Assembly: GCA_045862955.1 (NCBI GenBank)
Contig: BTVI01000045.1
Location: forward strand, 1 to 22,409
Source of the DNA: Fimbriimonadales bacterium
GTDB lineage: Bacteria > Armatimonadota > Fimbriimonadia > Fimbriimonadales > JABRVX01
Direction: 5' to 3'
Length of the DNA: 22,409 bases
Part shown: positions 7,654 through 16,625 of the stretch, one piece after another
Position numbering within the stretch: the first letter of the stretch is position 1
How the letters are laid out: each line of letters opens with the position of its first letter
Position numbers and translations under genes: made by a program
The notes under the pieces: generated by a model
What the model was told of the DNA's origin: nothing
The model's input: the letters and a program-made list of their open reading frames with translations, nothing else
The model's database searches: none

Positions 7654-10131
7654 ATGTCTGTATCGAGAATGTCTGTCGCTTGGTCGGTCTTGGCTCTCGC
7701 CTTCGTTCGCGCGCCCGGGCAGGACGCCATGCGCGAGGCTTACGAGCGCGCCGAACGCTTCGCCTCGCCCGAGATGGCCAGGCTGGTGCGGGGTGCGTCG
7801 GTCCAGCCGCACTGGATCGGCGACGGGCCGCGGTTCTGGTATCTCAACCAGTTCGGCGACGAGCGCGAGTTCATACTGGTGGACCCGGAGAAGGGCGAGC
7901 GACGGCCCGCCTTCGACCACGCGCGGCTGGCGGCGGCCCTAAGCGAGGCCACGGGCACCAAGCACGACCCGAAGAGGCTGCCCTTCGCCAGCATCGTTCC
8001 CGATGCTGCGGGCGCGAAGATGAAGTTTCGGGCGGGCTCTCAGTGGTGGGAGTGCGACCTGCAGTCCTACTCCTGTCGTCCCGTCGAGGCACCGCGCAGC
8101 ACGCCCACCGAGGAGCGAGCCCCTCGCCGAGGCGCGCCACAGGAGAGGCGACCCGACATCTCCCCAGACGGAAAGATGCGGGTGGAGGTGCGCGAGCACA
8201 ACCTTTACGTGCGCGAGATGCCCGACGGCCCGGAGACGCAGCTAACCACCGATGGCGTGGCCGAGAACCGATACGGAGAACCCCGCTGGTCGCCCGATTC
8301 GCGATACGTCGTCGCGCTTCGCACCCAGCCCGGGGAGATCCTGCCGATGTATGTGGTGGAGTCGACTCCTCCGGACTCCTTCCGCCCCAAGCTGAGGCAA
8401 TATCCCTATGCGCTGCCGGGCGACAAGCTGGACGTGCACGAGATGTGGGTTTTCGACGTGCAGACGAAGAAGGGTGTAGAGGTGGACACCGACCCCATCG
8501 ACTCGGGTGGCATGCCTGCCCTGCGATGGAAGGCGGACGGCGAGCGGTTCACCTATGAGCAGCCGTACCGCGCCTTCCGCCGCGAGCGGGTGGTGGAAGT
8601 GGATGCTGCCACCGGAACGGCGCGAGCAATCATAGACGAGACCACCAATACCTTCGTATACCCGCCCGTTCGGTTCATTCACTACCTGGATGCTACCGGC
8701 GAGATCCTGTGGACCTCACAGCGGGATGGCTGGAACCACATCTACTTGCTCGATGCCGAGACGGGGGCCGTGAAGGCACGCGTCACCTCGGGAGAATGGG
8801 TGGTAAGGCGAATCGAGAAGGTGGACGAGGAGTCCAGGCAGATCCTCTTCGCGGCGAGCGGACGGGAGCCGAATCGCGATCCCTACCTGCTCCATTACTA
8901 CCGCGTCAACTTCGATGGCACGGGACTGCTATGCCTGACGCCGGGCAACGGCGAGCACACGATACGCTTCTCCCCCGACGGCAAGTACTACATTGACAGT
9001 TATTCGCGCGTGGACATGCCACCGATCACTGAGCTGCGACGTACCTCCGATGGCTCCTTGGTGTGCGTGCTGGAGAAGGCGGACGCGTCGGCACTGCTCG
9101 CCACCGGATGGCGGATGCCCGAACCCTTCGTGGCGAAGGGCCGCGATGGCAAGACCGACATCTGGGGTGTCATCTTCCGACCATCCAACTTCGATCCGAC
9201 GCACAAGTATCCGGTGATCGAAGACATCTATGCGGGGCCTCAGGGCTCCTTCGTTCCGAAGTCCTTTAGCGCGCAACGTGGGATGCAAGGGCTGACGGAG
9301 CTGGGGTTCATCGTGGTTAAGATTGACGGCATGGGCACGGCGAACCGCTCGAAGGCCTTTCACGACGTGGCGTACAAGAACCTGGGTGATAGCGGCTTCC
9401 CGGATCGCATTCTGTGGATGAAGGCGGCGGCTGAGAAGTACCCGTATATGGACCTCACACGCGTGGGCATTTATGGTGCTTCCGCGGGTGGCTACAACGC
9501 CGCGCGGGCGCTGATTGCGCACCCGGAGTTCTACAAGGTGGCCGTCGCGATGTCGGGCAATCACGATCATCGCACCGACAAGGTGTGGTGGAACGAGCTG
9601 TGGATGGGCTATCCCGTCGGTCCACACTACGCCGAGCAGTCCAACGTGGATCAAGCCGCGAAGCTGCAGGGGAAATTGTTGTTAGTGCACGGCGAGCTGG
9701 ACGATAACGTCAACCCCTCTGCTGCCACGCTACGATTCGCGGATGCACTCATCAAGGCGAACAAGGACTTCGACATGCTGATCGTGCCCGGCGCGGGTCA
9801 CGGCTTCGGGCCCTACGTGACGCGTCGCATGTGGGACTTCTTCACACGCCACCTGCTGGGGGTGGAGCCACCACACGAGTACGTGATGAAAGGCCCGGCC
9901 GACAGCTCCTGCGACATCGTGATACGCAACCTGCTGGACAAACCTGTCACGGTGTATTGGGTGGAAGGCTCGGGGTCGCTTCGCAAGTACCACGACCTAG
10001 CGCCAGGGCAAGAGGTGCGCCAACACTCCTACGTAGGGCACGAGTGGGAGGCACACGTGGATGGTCGCGCCGTCTCATGGTACACGGTGTCTGCGAACGC
10101 CCCGGAGTGGGATATCGCACCCGGAGGCTAG
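7654..10131 (+). CDS. Dipeptidyl peptidase IV-like S9 family serine peptidase with C-terminal VHL-beta-like domain
   Basis: Signal-like N-terminus, propeller repeats (ISPDGK, WSPDSR, FSPDGK), YAGP, GIYGASAGG nucleophile elbow, DDNV Asp, AGHG His. Start uncertain (7621/7654/7669); the ORF-track start 7450 overlaps leuS. Confidence 0.92.
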   Translation: MSVSRMSVAWSVLALAFVRAPGQDAMREAYERAERFASPEMARLVRGASVQPHWIGDGPRFWYLNQFGDEREFILVDPEKGERRPAFDHARLAAALSEATGTKHDPKRLPFASIVPDAAGAKMKFRAGSQWWECDLQSYSCRPVEAPRSTPTEERAPRRGAPQERRPDISPDGKMRVEVREHNLYVREMPDGPETQLTTDGVAENRYGEPRWSPDSRYVVALRTQPGEILPMYVVESTPPDSFRPKLRQYPYALPGDKLDVHEMWVFDVQTKKGVEVDTDPIDSGGMPALRWKADGERFTYEQPYRAFRRERVVEVDAATGTARAIIDETTNTFVYPPVRFIHYLDATGEILWTSQRDGWNHIYLLDAETGAVKARVTSGEWVVRRIEKVDEESRQILFAASGREPNRDPYLLHYYRVNFDGTGLLCLTPGNGEHTIRFSPDGKYYIDSYSRVDMPPITELRRTSDGSLVCVLEKADASALLATGWRMPEPFVAKGRDGKTDIWGVIFRPSNFDPTHKYPVIEDIYAGPQGSFVPKSFSAQRGMQGLTELGFIVVKIDGMGTANRSKAFHDVAYKNLGDSGFPDRILWMKAAAEKYPYMDLTRVGIYGASAGGYNAARALIAHPEFYKVAVAMSGNHDHRTDKVWWNELWMGYPVGPHYAEQSNVDQAAKLQGKLLLVHGELDDNVNPSAATLRFADALIKANKDFDMLIVPGAGHGFGPYVTRRMWDFFTRHLLGVEPPHEYVMKGPADSSCDIVIRNLLDKPVTVYWVEGSGSLRKYHDLAPGQEVRQHSYVGHEWEAHVDGRAVSWYTVSANAPEWDIAPGG

Positions 10132-10135
10132 GGTC

Positions 10136-10711
10136 GTGTATGCGAGGAAGGTCGAATCTCCGGTAGGACCGCTGTTGCTGTTATCGAGCCACGACGAGCT
10201 GCAGGGCTTGTACTTCGGGGGCCACGAGCGAGGTCCTGAGGCGGCGCACGAGTTGGTGTTCGGAGCGGACGTTCCGGTGCTCCGCCGTGCGGAGGAGAAG
10301 CTGCGGGCATACTTCGACGGGGTGTTGCATGAGTTCGACTTGCCGCTGAGGCTTGTGGGTACGGAGTTCCAGCGCGAGGTCTGGCGTACGTTGCTCGATG
10401 TCCCGTACGGGATGACGACGACGTATGGCGCGCTGGCGAAGTCCCTCGGCCGGACGGACGCCGTGCGGGCGGTGGCGGGCGCCGTCGCGAGAAACCCTAT
10501 CTCCATCATCGTCCCGTGCCACCGAGTGGTCGGCGCGCGTGGCCAGCTCACAGGCTATGCAGGCGGTCTCGAGCGCAAGCGCTTCTTGTTGACGCACGAG
10601 CGTCGCCACTCACCTCCCGGAGGTAGGCGCGGACGTGGCAACGCGGCCGACATCGATCGCGGGCTCACGGCTGTTAGCTGGGTGCCCAGAGGCTCGCAAG
10701 AGGGGGTGTAG
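10136..10711 (+). CDS. ogt: Methylated-DNA--protein-cysteine S-methyltransferase
   Basis: SPVGPL, GTEFQREVW, VPYG.TTTYG, RAVAGA, NP..IIVPCHRV active site, GYAGGLERK. GTG start at 10136 with GGAGG at 10123-10127. Confidence 0.95.
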   Translation: MYARKVESPVGPLLLLSSHDELQGLYFGGHERGPEAAHELVFGADVPVLRRAEEKLRAYFDGVLHEFDLPLRLVGTEFQREVWRTLLDVPYGMTTTYGALAKSLGRTDAVRAVAGAVARNPISIIVPCHRVVGARGQLTGYAGGLERKRFLLTHERRHSPPGGRRGRGNAADIDRGLTAVSWVPRGSQEGV

Positions 10712-10736
10712 GAGCCCCGCGCGGAATACGATGTCC

Positions 10737-13208
10737 CTACTGCGGGCGAACCACGTACGATTCACCCGCCTTCGTTTCGAATTGGACCACTCCCTGCTCG
10801 GGCTTGCGGATGGTGACCGCTCGGCCCGCGTGTGTTACCGCCATTCCTATCCCCGCCCGTACGGTGGCGACGCCTCCTGTCAGCGAGCGGATGGTGGCTT
10901 CCACCAGCTTTCCGTCCGCCCAGCGTGCGGACACCTCGAAGCCACCGCGCGCCCGTAGCCCAGAGAACGAACCCTGGGCCCAAGCGACTGGAAGCGCGGG
11001 CAGCAGGTGGATCTCACCTAGATGACTCTGCAGTAGCATCTCTGCGATACCCGCCGTCGCACCCAAGTTGCCGTCGATCTGGAACGGCGGATGGCAGCAG
11101 AGCAGGTTGGGATAGGTACCTCCGCGCGGCGGTGCGAGCAAGGAGTCCTCGGACAACGTGAGCGCCTTTCGAATCAGCGTATAAGCGTGCGCGCCATCGA
11201 GCAGCCGCGCCCACAGATTGATCTTCCATGCCATGGACCAGCCCGGGCCCTCGTCACCCCTCATGTTTAGTGATCGCTTCGCGGCGTTCGCTAGATCGGG
11301 CGTCTTGCGGGGAGAGATGCTGGTGCCGGGGCACACGCCCCACATGTGCGAGACGTGGCGATGCTTGTCGTTCGGATCGTCCAGGTCTTCCAGCCACTCT
11401 TGCAGTTGACCATGTCGGCCCACCTTCATAGGTGGCAGTTTTGCCCGCGCGGCCTGGAGTTTCCCACGAAACTCTTTGTCGGTGTTCAACACGGTCGCGG
11501 CTTGGGCACACTGTGCGAAGAACTCGCTCAGGATCTGCGTGTCCACGGCGGGGCCCGCGCAGATGCCCACGGGCTTCACGTAGGTACCATCGGGGTTCCA
11601 CTTCCAGGCCTTGTCACCCCCCGGTCCGTTCTCGGGCGAGCTACTGGGGCACGTGACGAGCCACCCATACTTCGGATGCTCTGTCAATGTGTCCAAGAAG
11701 AATTGCGCCGCCCCTTTCATAACCGGATACACCTCGGCCAGGAAGGCCTCGTCTCCCGAGAACTGGTAGTGCTCCCACAGGTGGGTGCAGAGCCACGCCC
11801 CGCCAGTATGCCATGCTGCCCAGTAGGCACCATGAATGGGCGCGGTAGCACGCCACAGGTCGGTGTTATGCCCAAGCACCCACCCCGATGCACCCCAGTT
11901 GCGCTTGGCGGTTTCCGCTCCGGAGACCGACAGGTCGCGGATCAGATCGAACAGCGGCTCGTGGCATTCTGACAGGTTACACACCTCGGCCGGCCAGTAG
12001 TTCATCTCGGCGTTGATGTTCGTGGTGTACTTGCAGCCCCACGCCGGGTTCATGTCTTCGTTCCACAAGCCCTGTAAGTTGGCCGGCTGATCAGCGGGGC
12101 GAGAGGATGAGATGAGTAGGTAACGGCCGAACTGGAAGTAGAGCGCTGGCAGCGCGGGGTCACGACCTTCGGCGAACGCGGCGAACCTCTCGTTGGTTGG
12201 CAGCGCCGAGTCCGCCGTTTCGCCCAGATCGAGCGAGACGCGGCGAAAGAGCGTGCGGTGCGCGGCTACGTGTTTCTCGCGGATTCGGTCATAAGGCCTC
12301 GAATCGGCCTCGGCTAGCGTGTCACGGTTCTTTGTCGAGGGGTCGCTCCCCCACTCACGGAAAGTGCCGAAATTGGTGGCGGCAGCAAGCAGCAGCGTCA
12401 CCGAATCGGCATCTCGCACTCGCAGCGTGTCATGTTCCGCTGTGCGGACGATCGCGGTGCCACCTCCTTCGCTCTTGCACGTCAGGCGGGCCTCGTAGGT
12501 GAGCCCACTCGCTTCTGCGTAGGAGGCAGTCTTGCCAGAGAGGATGATGGTGTTGGGCTTCTCGCTGCTTATACGAAACTGGGCGTCACCGGGGTGCTTC
12601 GCGTTGGTTCTACCCTGGAGGGTGGCATCGAGGGACACGGACCCAGGCTTATCGGCTGTTATGCGCACCACCAGCACCCGATCCACCGGCGAGCAGAGGT
12701 ACTCACGCCGGAAGTTTGTCTCGCCGACTCGATAGGTGACTGTCACGATGGCTGTGTCCAGATCGAGTTCTCGACGGTAGTCCGTTACCGAGTCGTGCCC
12801 CGGAAACCAGATCTCGAGGTCGCCGAGCGGCTGGTAGGATGCCATCTCCCAGGTTTTCGACATCATCTCCTTCTCGAAGAGCTCCTCGGCCTCGCGGCCC
12901 TTGCCCTCGAACACCAATCGCCGGATATCGGGAAGAGCGGCTGCGCCCTTGCCCTCGCCATGCGGGTCGTAGGGCCCGCCGGTCCACACCGTGTCCTCGT
13001 TGAGGCGGACCAGCTCGTGTGCCGTGCGGCCGTACACCATGCCGCCCAGCCGCCCGTTGCCGATGGGCAGGGCTTCGGTAAAGACGGCAGCCGGTGTCCG
13101 GTACCAGAGTAGAGTGGAAGCGGGGTGCGGCGCGCCTCCCTGTGCGATGGGACCGATGGTCGAGGCCATGACAATCGAGCCTCCTGTTACGAGGATTGAA
13201 CAGAGCAT
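10737..13208 (-). CDS. Glycoside hydrolase family 95 (alpha-1,2-L-fucosidase-like)
   Basis: [76 protein letters not shown] 13208 has GGAG upstream and a signal-like N-terminus. Confidence 0.93.
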   Translation of the reverse strand: MLCSILVTGGSIVMASTIGPIAQGGAPHPASTLLWYRTPAAVFTEALPIGNGRLGGMVYGRTAHELVRLNEDTVWTGGPYDPHGEGKGAAALPDIRRLVFEGKGREAEELFEKEMMSKTWEMASYQPLGDLEIWFPGHDSVTDYRRELDLDTAIVTVTYRVGETNFRREYLCSPVDRVLVVRITADKPGSVSLDATLQGRTNAKHPGDAQFRISSEKPNTIILSGKTASYAEASGLTYEARLTCKSEGGGTAIVRTAEHDTLRVRDADSVTLLLAAATNFGTFREWGSDPSTKNRDTLAEADSRPYDRIREKHVAAHRTLFRRVSLDLGETADSALPTNERFAAFAEGRDPALPALYFQFGRYLLISSSRPADQPANLQGLWNEDMNPAWGCKYTTNINAEMNYWPAEVCNLSECHEPLFDLIRDLSVSGAETAKRNWGASGWVLGHNTDLWRATAPIHGAYWAAWHTGGAWLCTHLWEHYQFSGDEAFLAEVYPVMKGAAQFFLDTLTEHPKYGWLVTCPSSSPENGPGGDKAWKWNPDGTYVKPVGICAGPAVDTQILSEFFAQCAQAATVLNTDKEFRGKLQAARAKLPPMKVGRHGQLQEWLEDLDDPNDKHRHVSHMWGVCPGTSISPRKTPDLANAAKRSLNMRGDEGPGWSMAWKINLWARLLDGAHAYTLIRKALTLSEDSLLAPPRGGTYPNLLCCHPPFQIDGNLGATAGIAEMLLQSHLGEIHLLPALPVAWAQGSFSGLRARGGFEVSARWADGKLVEATIRSLTGGVATVRAGIGMAVTHAGRAVTIRKPEQGVVQFETKAGESYVVRPQ

Positions 13209-13366
13209 GCGTGCGGCTCCGATGCGGGTGATGCCGAAGGATTCGCCGGTCGCGGCTGTTTTCCCTACGTGGCCGGGTGTCTGGGGCGGGGCGACAACGA
13301 GGGTTCGGAGACATCGTATCCATCCAGACCCCGGCGTTGCGCCGCCCTCACCTGCTTCCTCGTGCT

Positions 13367-13501
13367 CTCTGCGGATCTCTGCGTGCTTCGCGTGAGTCCC
13401 CGACCCGACGTGGTGGTGCGACTCACAAGCGGTAGGGCACTGCCACGTTCTGGCTCGAATGCTCGCGCAAAGCTCGCAAAGGGCTCGCCGAGATCGCGGA
13501 G
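13367..13501. repeat. ~135-bp fold-back element, copy 1
   Basis: Ungapped blocks match 16367-16504 (27/30, 14/16, 20/23); imperfect inverted arms. Confidence 0.75.
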
Positions 13502-13623
13502 GTTGACAAGAGCGGGGTCTCGGAACACCCGCTCGCGATACCTCGCTCGGTTCGGCCGGGGAACGGGGAGTGGGAGTCACTAAGCATCGGGCCCTGCTGC
13601 GGTGCAGCTACGCTGACGAGGGG

Positions 13624-13698
13624 TGGTGGGCGATACTGGATTCGAACCAGTGACTTCTTCGATGTGAACGAAGCGCTCTACCACTGAGCTAATCGCCC
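13624..13698 (-). tRNA. tRNA-Val (CAC)
   Basis: Reverse complement GGGCGATTAGCTCAGTGGTAGAGCG-CTTCG TTCACAT CGAAG-...GGTTCGAATCC...CGCCCACCA; 75 nt, encoded CCA. Confidence 0.97.
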
Positions 13699-13715
13699 GA
13701 CCGAGAAAGCCCGAA

Positions 13716-13800
13716 TGGTGCGCGAGGGGGGACTCGAACCCCCACGAGTCTCCTCACATGCACCTCAAGCATGCGCGTCTACCAGTTCCGCCACCCGCGC
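13716..13800 (-). tRNA. tRNA-Leu (GAG)
   Basis: Reverse complement GCGCGGGTGGCGGAACTGGTAGACGCG-CATGC TTGAGGT GCATG, long variable arm, GGTTCGAGTCC, CGCGCACCA; 85 nt. Confidence 0.97.
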
Positions 13801-13812
13801 GGGCAATAGCGA

Positions 13813-13841
13813 AGTGTATCCGAAAAGCCGTCCGGAGTCAA
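13813..13841 (-). promoter_or_regulatory. Sigma70-type promoter of the tRNA-Leu/tRNA-Val pair
   Basis: TTGACT (13841-13836), 17-nt spacer, TACACT (13818-13813), 12 nt upstream of tRNA-Leu. Confidence 0.8.
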
Positions 13842-13882
13842 GCGCCGAGGGCCGCGGACGACACGCCCGAGGGGACCAAGGA

Positions 13883-13954
13883 TGCCCCGGCGCGGTCCTA
13901 GGTTCGCAGTGCGCGCTGAGTTGCTGTAGAGCGGCGGGCGCGGGCCAGGGCATG
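13883..13954 (+). repeat. 73-bp dispersed element, copy C (72 bp)
   Basis: TGCCCCGGCGCGGTCCTAGGTT-N26-GCGGCGGGCGCGGGCCAGGGCATG. Confidence 0.85.
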
Positions 13955-14217
13955 AGAATCTGCATCACGGCAAATTGGAGCCTGATCGGAGCCCGAATGC
14001 AGCATCGGATTGCCTCAGAAGGCCCAGCGGGTGCCGGAGGAGGCATCTCGGGTGAACCCGAACGCTCCCGGTTCGTATACGGGAGAGTAGGGTGAAACCC
14101 GGCGCCGCGCCCCACGGTTGCGCGGCAGCGCGATCCGCCGGCCGGGCGAGGGCTCGGCTGCTATCGTATTTCCCCGTCGCTGGGGGCGCGGCGCCACATC
14201 AGAGCGGAGGAGTGAAG

Positions 14218-14667
14218 ATGACCCAGAGATTGATTGTTGTCGCCGCGGTTCTGGCCATGGCCTTGGCCATCACCTCGCCCAGCCTGGCCCAGGCTAAGAG
14301 CGCGCCCAGCCAGAAGCGGCCGGAGGGCATGGCCCACAGGAAGTTCGACGCGGACACGTGGTTGCAGATGCTCACCAACCAGCTCAACCTGACCGCGAAG
14401 CAGCAGACCGCTATCAAGCCCATCCTCGCCAAGAGCATCGCCGACATGAAGAAGGTCGCGGAGAACACCAAGCTTCAGCCGGATGCCAAGCGCACGCAGA
14501 TGCAGAACATCCGCCAGAGTACGAACGCCGCCATTCGCAAGCAGCTCACCGCCGAACAGCAGAAGAAGTTCGACCAGATGGGCGCGCGCTTCAAGGAGCG
14601 TGCGGCAGGTGCCGGAAAGGCTCCGGGCAACAAGCCGACCGGTAAGCCGACCGGCAAGGGGGCCTAA
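14218..14667 (+). CDS. Secreted LTXXQ-motif (Spy/CpxP-like) helical protein
   Basis: 149 aa from ATG 14218 with GGAGGA RBS; signal peptide ending SLA; LNLTAKQQ and LTAEQQKKF motifs; Lys/Pro/Gly-rich tail with a KPTG duplication. Confidence 0.8.
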   Translation: MTQRLIVVAAVLAMALAITSPSLAQAKSAPSQKRPEGMAHRKFDADTWLQMLTNQLNLTAKQQTAIKPILAKSIADMKKVAENTKLQPDAKRTQMQNIRQSTNAAIRKQLTAEQQKKFDQMGARFKERAAGAGKAPGNKPTGKPTGKGA

Positions 14668-14819
14668 GCTTTCGGCCCGGGCTTCCGGACCGACCTCGTA
14701 GCGTTTCTCACAACGCTGTCCTTTCCTTCGGCGCCGCAGCGAACGCTGCGGCGTCCTTTCGTTGGGCACTCCCGGAGGCACTCCAGGTAGCATCGGGCCA
14801 CCTGAACACGAAAGGACCG

Positions 14820-16241
14820 ATGCCTGCCATGTCGTCTACTCGAACCCTTTCGATCTGCTCTGCGCTGCTCGCGCTCGTCGCTTCTGCACCCGCCGATGTG
14901 AGACTGCCCCGGCTGTTCACGGATGGAATGGTGTTGCAGCGGGATAAGCAGTTCCCCGTTTGGGGCTGGGCCGACAAAGGCGAGAGGATTACCGTGGAGG
15001 TGGGCAGCAACCGTCGCGTGACGACTGCCGACTCCTCGGGGCGCTGGGTCCTCACCATGCCTCCGCTCCGGGCGTCGGCCGAACCTATGACCCTGGCGGT
15101 GCATGGCCGCAACCGCGTCGAGGTGCACGACGTTCTCGTCGGCGAGGTGTGGGTGTGCTCAGGCCAGTCGAACATGGAGTGGCCGGTCTCCGCTACCAAG
15201 GACGCTGAAGTGGAGATCGCCTCGGCACGGGATGCCGCGATTCGCATGTTCACGGTCGCGCGCGCCGCGTCCGCCAGTCCGGCAGACGATTGCGAGGGCA
15301 GTTGGCAGAAGTGTTCGCCAGACACCGTCGGGAGGTTCTCGGCAGTCGGCTACTTCTTCGCGAGAGAGCTGCGCCGTGCACTCGGCGTACCCGTCGGAAT
15401 GATCAACACGTCTTGGGGTGGCACCCCTGCCGAAGCGTGGACCCCGCTGCGCGAGATCGAGCGCTCCACTGAGCTGCAGCCCCTGGTTCCAAGGGCGAGC
15501 GACCCTGCGGTCTCTCCAGGCGCACGGCCCGCCCACCTTTTCAACGGCATGGTAGCTCCGCTCATCCCCTATCGCATCCGCGGAGTCATCTGGTACCAAG
15601 GCGAGTCGAACGTGGGTCGCGCGTGGCAGTATCGGACGTTGTTTCCGACCATGATTCAGGGATGGCGCAAGGCTTGGGGCCGTGGGGATTTTGCCTTCTA
15701 CTACGTGCAGATAGCACCCTATCGCTACAACGCCCCTGAAGCCTGCGCGGAACTCCGTGAGGCGCAAGCACTTGCTTTGCGCTTGCGCAACACCGGCATG
15801 GTAGTCACCATGGACATCGGTGATGTGAACGACATCCACCCACGCAACAAGCAAGAGGTGGGGCGGCGGCTCGCGTTGTGGGCGCTAGCGAGAGACTACG
15901 GCAAGAGTGTCACCTTCAGCGGACCGTTGTTCGAGAAGATGACAGTAGTGGGACGTGAGGCACGTATCGGTTTTCGCTATGCGGAAAAGGGGCTTAGCAC
16001 CTCGGACGGGAAGGCGCCGAGTCATTTTCAGATTGCCGGCGAGGACCGGAAGTTCGTGCCTGCGCATGCCCGCATCGAAGGCCGTGAGGTGGTCGTGTGG
16101 TCTGAGGAGGTAGAGCACCCCGTGGCAGTGCGCTATGCATGGAGCGACATAGCGACACCCAATCTCGTCAACGGCGACGGCCTACCCGCCTCTCCCTTCC
16201 GCACCGACGACTGGCCGGCTGTCACGCGAGACGCCAAATAG
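14820..16241 (+). CDS. Sialate O-acetylesterase family (SASA/SGNH) carbohydrate esterase
   Basis: Signal peptide; MVLQR, GEVWVCSGQSNM, FSAVGYFF, WGGTPAEAW, GVIWYQGESN, DIHPRNK, VAVRYAW, LPASPFRTD. Alternative start 14829. Confidence 0.92.
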   Translation: MPAMSSTRTLSICSALLALVASAPADVRLPRLFTDGMVLQRDKQFPVWGWADKGERITVEVGSNRRVTTADSSGRWVLTMPPLRASAEPMTLAVHGRNRVEVHDVLVGEVWVCSGQSNMEWPVSATKDAEVEIASARDAAIRMFTVARAASASPADDCEGSWQKCSPDTVGRFSAVGYFFARELRRALGVPVGMINTSWGGTPAEAWTPLREIERSTELQPLVPRASDPAVSPGARPAHLFNGMVAPLIPYRIRGVIWYQGESNVGRAWQYRTLFPTMIQGWRKAWGRGDFAFYYVQIAPYRYNAPEACAELREAQALALRLRNTGMVVTMDIGDVNDIHPRNKQEVGRRLALWALARDYGKSVTFSGPLFEKMTVVGREARIGFRYAEKGLSTSDGKAPSHFQIAGEDRKFVPAHARIEGREVVVWSEEVEHPVAVRYAWSDIATPNLVNGDGLPASPFRTDDWPAVTRDAK

Positions 16242-16366
16242 GGTCCAGCGGTGCCCACAACGCTTGCGGTGGGGGCTTCTCGTGTCGCTCTCCCTGGCGG
16301 ATGAGCTGGTGGTCACACCGAGAACTGCCACGAATTGGGATGGTGGTGGAATCGGCTCGTTGCAGG

Positions 16367-16504
16367 CTCCGCGGCTCTCTGCGTGCTTTGCGTGAGGTCC
16401 ACCGCCGGTGCCTTGCAGCATCTAGCCCTCGGCAGGGCAGTGCCAGTCTGCCACTCCGGCTATCACGCGGGATTCGCAAAGGAGTCGCCAAGATCGTAGC
16501 GGAG
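16367..16504. repeat. ~135-bp fold-back element, copy 2
   Basis: Colinear with 13367-13501. Confidence 0.75.
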
Positions 16505-16531
16505 CACCTCTCCGCCGCCAGCTCGGTGCAA

Positions 16532-16570
16532 CCCTCACCCCAACCCTCTCCCTTGGGAAGGGAGAGGGAG
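16532..16570 (+). repeat. CCCTCACCCC-tailed hairpin repeat
   Basis: CCCTCACCCCAA + stem CCCTCTCCCTT/AAGGGAGAGGG; second copy inverted at 22141-22182. Confidence 0.85.
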
Positions 16571-16625
16571 GAGTCTGGCAGTGGTGCTAGAAGCACCATG
16601 TACCCAATCGGGAGGTCCGTAGTTC

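Noticed and set aside
13209..13580. 124-aa N-terminal extension of GH95 in the ORF track
   Set aside because: It runs through the fold-back repeat; ATG 13208 has an RBS and a signal-like sequence.
13624..13800. tRNA-anchored genomic island or prophage att site
   Set aside because: No integrase and no duplicated tRNA 3' end seen in the window.
13367..16367. Exact 3000-bp offset between the fold-back copies
   Set aside because: Treated as numerical coincidence; the flanks are unrelated.
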